Shown here: piece after piece, positions 57,720 to 64,000 of the stretch
Numbering within the stretch: the first letter of the stretch is position 1
Layout: every line of letters starts with the position of its first letter
Assembly: GCA_008632985.1 (NCBI GenBank)
Contig: QPGO01000132.1
Coordinates: forward strand, 1 to 64,000
Direction of reading: 5' to 3'
Source: Psammoneis japonica
Lineage: Eukaryota
Length of the DNA: 64,000 nucleotides
Program-made: the position numbers and the translations under genes
The notes under the pieces: generated by a model
The model's input: only the letters and a program-made list of their open reading frames with translations
What the model was told of the DNA's origin: nothing
Database searches by the model: none

Positions 57720-58390
57720 TGGTTGACTTTTTGTCGATTGGGTTGGTCATTTCTGACTGGTCACAGTCATTCAATCGAAAAAGTCGTGCAGGTGGGTTCA
57801 GTGCCACAAGCGGTGTGGCGGACGCTGTTGTGCTGCAATCGATGGACTGTTGAGACTGACAAGTCATGATGTCCCAGAGGTTGTTGTGCATTGAAGAGCC
57901 AAAGCTCAATGACTGCTGAGCAGCAAGCTGCTTGCGACAAAGCAAGAGCAGCATGCCTGACCCGCTTTTTTGTGCTGCGATGCTCTTCTCCCCACACGCT
58001 GCCTCTGACCAGGTGTCTCTGGAGAAATGTGCTAGTTGTGTGCCAAGAGATCTGTCAGACCCATGTTTTTCACCACAAAAACCATGAGACTCATGGCCAA
58101 AAAGAGCTGCCTCGCCATTGGGGCTCTGCTCTTGCTTTTGTGTGCTTGTTTTGGCACAGCACCAATTTTTTTTTTGGCCACTGGAAGTTGCTCTTTTTGG
58201 CTGGCTGCCCCTGCTGTGCTGCAGCGAGAAAACCTGGAGATGATGCTGGGTGTGTGTTGTGCATTCGGCGTTGTTCCTCGGTTGGACCAACAGCGTTCAC
58301 TTGGCTGAGCATCGGGTGTTCAGTGCTCCACTCTCCCACACACAATCGAAGAGCCAAACGGTTCTGTGTTCGAGCTCCAAGCTCTCAAAA
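57720..58390. other. Short TpA-depleted insert between divergent genes
   Basis: About 670 bp with about one TA, flanked by TA-rich sequence (57630-57710 and >58490). Confidence 0.75.
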
Positions 58391-58511
58391 CTAATCTCGC
58401 TCCGAGCAACACAACACACAACAAACGAAAAACTGCCGCCAGCGATGACAACAACCATCAGAAGAAAGTGAAGAGTTGATTGTTGTTTGATATAAGCAAG
58501 AGTTCATCACA

Positions 58512-60091
58512 ATGATTGTCGCTACTAGCACAAGTTTTAACGAAACACGCATTGCTTCCTTGCTGGGAACGTGGACTTCCACCGTGCGCGTCAAGGCATT
58601 CCTGGGAAATTACCAGCTCTTGACGTACTTTGTCCTTCACCTCATGCCTAATCCCACGCGAGAATATCGCTGTTCCCGATCGGATTGCAATGAAATCGAC
58701 AATGAGGTTTGCGTCAAGCAATATACTACGCAAAATACCTTTCAAAGCAAGTGCGTCAACTTGACGGATGAAGTAGTGGAGTGGTCTGATGGTATGTGGT
58801 TTGAGCGCCGTTTCTGCTTTCTGCGTGTACCCGTAGATGGTGATTTTTTGAGATAATTTGATTCTCACACTTTTTTGACTCGTTTTCATAGTCTCCGCCT
58901 TTTTGTATTTTGGTTCAAAGGTTGATGCTGGGATCCCATTTAATATTCATCAGGAGCACAACACTGGGGGCTGGGTAGGGCCTTTTAGTTTGATTTTTGC
59001 CCAAGATCCATCCATCAACGGAGAAAATCAGCAGCAAGACAACCAAACCATTACGTTGGATCGGTATTTTGTTCGCTACGCCAACACACCCACGACACCT
59101 TACTTGCACATGAACCCCAACAACACGCTAGTGTCTCAAGAAGAGGATTTCAATAGGTACATGGGGCCTTTAGCGGTGAATGAAACCATTGTCAAGCAGC
59201 CGCATGTTACAGCCGAGACGGATCCCTACGAGCAATACCTCAAGACCTGCGAACATGGCAATGTCAAGCCCATTTTACCATTGTTTGACTTTACCTTTGT
59301 CCAAGACAAGGAGACTGCACAGGAACGCGTCAATGTCAAATTCAATTACAAACTCTTGTCCATTCCGCAAAAGGGGGATATCATGTACAAGGTGTTTCCT
59401 TGGATGCAGTCACGGGTGAATCGAAGGCAAAAGGACTTTCATATTTCTGGGCCTTATTGCTATGGTGAGTTATCAACAGTTTCGAATCTAGGGGAGATTG
59501 TCTACAACTAGTGTTTATCGGTTGTGCTCATGCGTGTTTTGTATTTCAAGGAGACGATGCAAAGCGAGGCTACACGTTTGATCTAACATACGACTCGACA
59601 CAAGAGTCCCAGGTCATGACTCTCATTCATGGGTGTGCAAAAGGTATTTGCAAACGATACACTACAACAAGCTTTGTTTGTTTCTTGAATGTGCTCATGT
59701 GTCGTTTGTCTTCTCTGTTCTGTCGTTAGGTTATCCCTGCCTTCCGTCAGCGGCAAAATTGGGAACAGAGGATGCCGACAGCATCATTCACAATGCTACA
59801 AAGATTGACACTGGAGATGTGGATGCCGGTGCCATTTCGCTGCTCATGTTTGCCTTGTACTTTTTGTTGCTTGCACTGCTTGTTGCACTAACGTGCAATT
59901 GTCGCTTGAGGCGAAGATTGCGTCACCAACGTGCACTCACTCCATTACGCCGCCGGGCGGCGGCGGCGGACCCTGGTCCTTTTGGTGATTTGGGAGAAGA
60001 TAATGATTTGACAGAGCCTCTTGTGGAAAACAAACAGGACGATACAAAGGAGGAAAGTGTCAGCGAGAGTGCAAGGGTTGAATTTGTATAG
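58512..60091 (+). CDS. Hypothetical multi-exon single-pass membrane protein
   Basis: Consecutive natural-composition ORFs with probable introns near 59465-59550 and 59643-59729. C-terminal TM (AISLLMFALYFLLLALLVAL) followed by a basic stop-transfer segment. 5' structure uncertain. Confidence 0.55.
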
Positions 60092-61143
60092 CCTGCTAGT
60101 TGCTTCCTCTCCACGAATGACTGACAGCGTCCTTTTGTGTCGAGTCATTCAACAAGGAGCTAGCATTCAGTTCTGCTGAAGGAATGTATGTAATATAAAT
60201 GTTGTAGAGCAATGCAATACCACAAGAGTAGAGATCATTTGAGACAAATCCCGATGTAGTCTAGTGAAATTTATGAGTGCTCTTCAGGTCCTAGTTGTCG
60301 GGGCAGTCTGGCCAGTTGAAGAGGACGATCGACAAGGCGGCACAGGAAACCATAATGTGCTTGTTCATCATGGTCAACGTGTTACTCCTGAAACTTCTAA
60401 TTCAGTGAAAGACAACTGAGTTGGAAGACACGACGACTCGCTTCATCTCAACAACGTAGCACTCTCTACTCTAGCTCTAGCTCTAGAGAGCTTGAGTAGA
60501 GAGTAGCTACGGTACGTTATTTTTTATTTTTGTTCATGAAAACGCGTGAAAAGCTGGTGAAAAAGCAAAAACAGGAAAAACGGGAAAAACTGAGATGATG
60601 AGGCAAAATTACCGGGAATATGATTATTACTTATGTAAGTATTAGTGGTCGAATATTTTATCCTTTATAACGGACAACTGATATTTCCGATGACTTCCTA
60701 AGCTCTGAATATATTATTTAATTCAACCGTCACGATTGGTTGATTCAGGTCGTTGCTTCGTCGGCGTGGGGGGTGGAATATGGTCAGATACTGTCCAAAG
60801 AGGCTCTGTCCTCCAAACGCGTTTCGGGTTTTCTTGGACAATTTCACGTAGAAAATTACGTAGAGTCTTTCCATCGTTCACCGAAAACCCCACACGTACT
60901 GATTGATAGACTGTTTCATACAAACTCTACACAAGATTCTTTGGACAGCTTCTGTTGGATGGAGTAGGCGTCATCACGGTGACAGTGGTTGTGCCACTCT
61001 TGTGACACTGCTCAACGTGAACCTACTGTACCTACCTACCACCACTTCACTTCTTCAACATACCGTTACATTCAACTTCCTGCGGCGCCGTAAGTGTGTT
61101 GTTGTTGTGTTATCAACTGTAGAGAGGTTTTTCCGAGGTAACC

Positions 61144-64000
61144 ATGAGCTCTCCAGAGAAGGAGGAGGAGAAAAACGGAATCGAGGAGGAGCCAGCCATG
61201 GCCTCTCCAGAGGAGGAGGCGAAGAATGGGATCGATTCTTCATCGGAACGGCAGCTGAGTAAATCGGGAAGTAGTCGAAGGCGAAGGCTATCTCGTCTCG
61301 ACAGCCTCTTGGAAGTCCGCCGCGAGTCCATGAAGAATATCGTGCAGTTTACCGAAGAAGAACTGATGAGTCCCATTGACGCTGTGACGGACGAATTCAC
61401 GGTATCCACCGAGTCCATGTCTTCGTCGGATCCCGCGGGGGTCCGAATGACGGAAAAGAAGCTCCGCCGAATCTCCCATCGTGTCTCTGCCTATCACGAT
61501 CAGCTCCCCAAGGAGCGTTTGGTGGAGGTGCGTCTCTCGGACCTGTCCTATCACGTTCCCGTACGAGCCGATACCCCCACGGTACCCACCATTTGGAACG
61601 CCACGCCCTTGTACAGGGCCTATCGGTTCTTTCGTCGTATCCATTACTACCGAAGACGCCAACAGATGGAAACGCGAAACCTGAAAAAGTTTGTTCCGAG
61701 GAGCATGAGTGATATTATTACACCCTATCGGAAAAAGACGATTCTTAACAATATCAATCTGGTCCTCAAGCCGGGGAACTCCTATCTTATTTTGGGGCCG
61801 CCAGGGTGTGGTAAGTTCACGTATAGTTATCATTTTCGTTCAGAAACTCTCTGTCTGGCCGTTTCTTACCATTCTGGTTATCAATTACAGGGAAAACAAG
61901 TCTTCTCAAGGCCATTGCGGGCGATCTTAAGGGTGGTACCACGGAAACGTTGAGCCATCAGCCTTACTTTGACGGTCGTATCGAGTACAATGGTCTCACG
62001 AGAGAGGTAAGCTGTTTGTTGGGACTGACTATTATACCCGAGGTTCTTTGTGAATTTGCGTCTTACTTTGATTGTTTTTTTTTTATTCCTTTTACAGGAG
62101 GACCCGTACATGATTTTGCCCAACATTTGCTCTTATGTGGAACAGCAGGACGTTCACGCACCGCGTCTCACAATCAAGGAGACGTTTGAATTCGCCTTTC
62201 AGTGTAGGACGGGTGGAAAGCACCACAATGTCGGTGTCGCGGACAAAAAAATTGGAAGTCAGTACGATTCGGTGAATTTTACGGAAAACATTACCATTGA
62301 GACCCTTGGCCTGGCGCACGTGGCGGACACCTTTGTGGGTGATGAAGACATTCGTGGTATTTCCGGTGGGCAACGCAGACGTGTCACGGTGGGTGAAATG
62401 ATGCAGTCCTCGAGTCCCGTGGCGTGCGCCGACGAGATTTCGACCGGGTTGGATGCGGCTGTCGCCTTTGATATTTGTCGCAGTATTGTGACGTTTGCCA
62501 AGGCAGCGAAAACGACGAGAGTCATGTCTCTTTTGCAGCCTGGACCGGAGGTGTTTAGTTTATTCGATGAGGTGATTATCCTCTCGGAGGGATACCTTGT
62601 CTACGCTGGACCAGTTGACAGCGTCGTGGATTACTTTGAGGAGCTGGGATACCATTTGCCTGCCACGGTGGATGTGGCTGACTTTCTTCAGTCGTTGCCG
62701 ACTCCGGACGGCGCCATGTATTTCGAGCCTCCCGATGGTTCTGAACAGACGACCCATTATTCCTCGGAAGGCTTTGCTTTGGCCTTCAACGAGAGCGACG
62801 CAGGCCAAGCCATTCGAGATGAGCTGAACTCCAATCTCATTTGCAAGTGGCAAGCAGCAACCGCCCCCTCGGGCGAAGACGAAGAGCAAGCCACAGCCCG
62901 TTTAGTCGTTCCCACTCCCGACGAGTTCAAGGTTGAGTTTCAAAACACCTTCCGAAAGGCAACTAGGTTGAATTTTAGGCGATTCCTTACCTTATGGACA
63001 CGTGATATTGGATACATCATTGGAAGATGCTGTGAGAATGTTGGTATGGCGGCTGCGACTGGTGGCATTCTATTTGGTAATGGCAAGGTCACGTGGGATC
63101 AAGACGCGCCCATTGATGCTGAGGCAGCCGAAAAATATTGAAGTTGGAGTCCTCCATTTTTGGAGCACTCTACATGGCTGCGTTCTATGTTGTGCAGGGT
63201 GCCAATGTTAATGCTCCCGAGGAACTCGGTGATCGTACCATTCATTACAAGCATGCGAACGCAAATTTCTACCAGAGTCTGTCGTTTGCAGTCGGAAGGC
63301 TTGTGGCAACATTCCCTCAACGAGCCATTGATATTACCGTCTTTGGACTTCCCTTGTATTGGATGGTTGGGCTCTACGCGGATGCAGGTGCCTTCTTCAT
63401 CTTTTTGCTGCTGCTCATCTTTCTGATTGTAGTTGAGAAGATCTTGTACGGAATCGCGGTTGCTTTGGTTCGAACAAAGCAGAATATATTGGGAATCGGG
63501 TCTTTCCTGATGCTCCTTCAGCTCCTCTTTAGTGGATACATTGTGTTTCCTGATGCCATTCCGGGGTACTATTACTGGATCTACTACATTAACCCAATGG
63601 CATGGGTGTTCCAGGGTCTTCTACTCAACGAGTTCCTATCGGATAAGTATGATGATGGAGAATCAATTCTACGCACAAGAGGCTTCCCCACTGAGAAGGC
63701 ATGGATTGGTTGGGCCTTTCTCTTCTTGGCTTTGGTCGGATTGGCGGCTACCTTGGCTCTGGCATACGCGCTGAAGAAGGTGCGTTTCGAGGCCGCGAAA
63801 CCGAAGGTAACCGCCGCCGATGAACATGCGGAAGACTCTGAGTACGACAGCAAGGCTTTCACTTTGCCATTCACTCCTGTCAACCTTACCTTTGAGAAGA
63901 TCGAATACGAAGTTAAGGCTTCAACGGGGAAGGAAATGATTAAGATTCTGAATGGCATTAGTGGCCATTTTCGTTCTGGGCGTCTATGCGCGCTGATGGG
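61144..64000 (+). CDS. ABC transporter G family (PDR-like, full size), truncated by the window end
   Basis: Spliced Walker A GPPGCGKTS (intron 61811-61890), second intron 62007-62097, signature ISGGQRRRVT, DEISTGLD, SLLQP, TMD, start of NBD2. 1-bp frameshifts after 63138. Confidence 0.93.

Noticed and set aside
63138..63440. Apparent premature stop and frameshifts in the ABCG transporter
   Set aside because: Adding one T (tat [t]tg aag) restores the TM domain frame. Same error class as above.

Overview
Eukaryotic, intron-containing DNA, most likely a pennate diatom. Supporting signs are a urea-cycle arginase, a bipartite 'AF' plastid-targeting signal, an IDH with an EF-hand, and a Ty1/Copia element. 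The window is a sharp mosaic of two sequence states. (1) Ordinary gene islands with normal TpA content: CRAL-TRIO protein, GT25 glycosyltransferase, an ART-like/FG-repeat/RING-Deltex fusion, SLC10A7-like transporter, IDH, arginase, alpha/beta hydrolase, MAPEG, a Cys-rich mucin-like protein, a META-domain protein and an ABCG transporter. (2) Blocks covering about half of the window (approx. 1-5130, 7480-9290, 21240-22780, 27250-40780, 41930-55100, 57720-58390) in which TpA has been almost erased and replaced by TpG/CpA. These blocks hold transposons (a full-length Copia with LTRs and TSD, a Plavaka/CMC-like DNA transposon), a duplicated host gene and a P-loop NTPase relic. Internal comparisons (LTR vs LTR, gene vs paralog, repeat vs repeat, conserved Tyr->Cys/His and Val->Ala in RT motifs) point to directional TA->TG / TA->CA change, i.e. 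A->G at TpA on both strands. This looks like a repeat-targeted hypermutation system running opposite to fungal RIP. No candidate enzyme is visible in the window, and a base-modification or sequencing artefact must be excluded from raw reads. Several intact genes carry single-base deletions that look like assembly errors.
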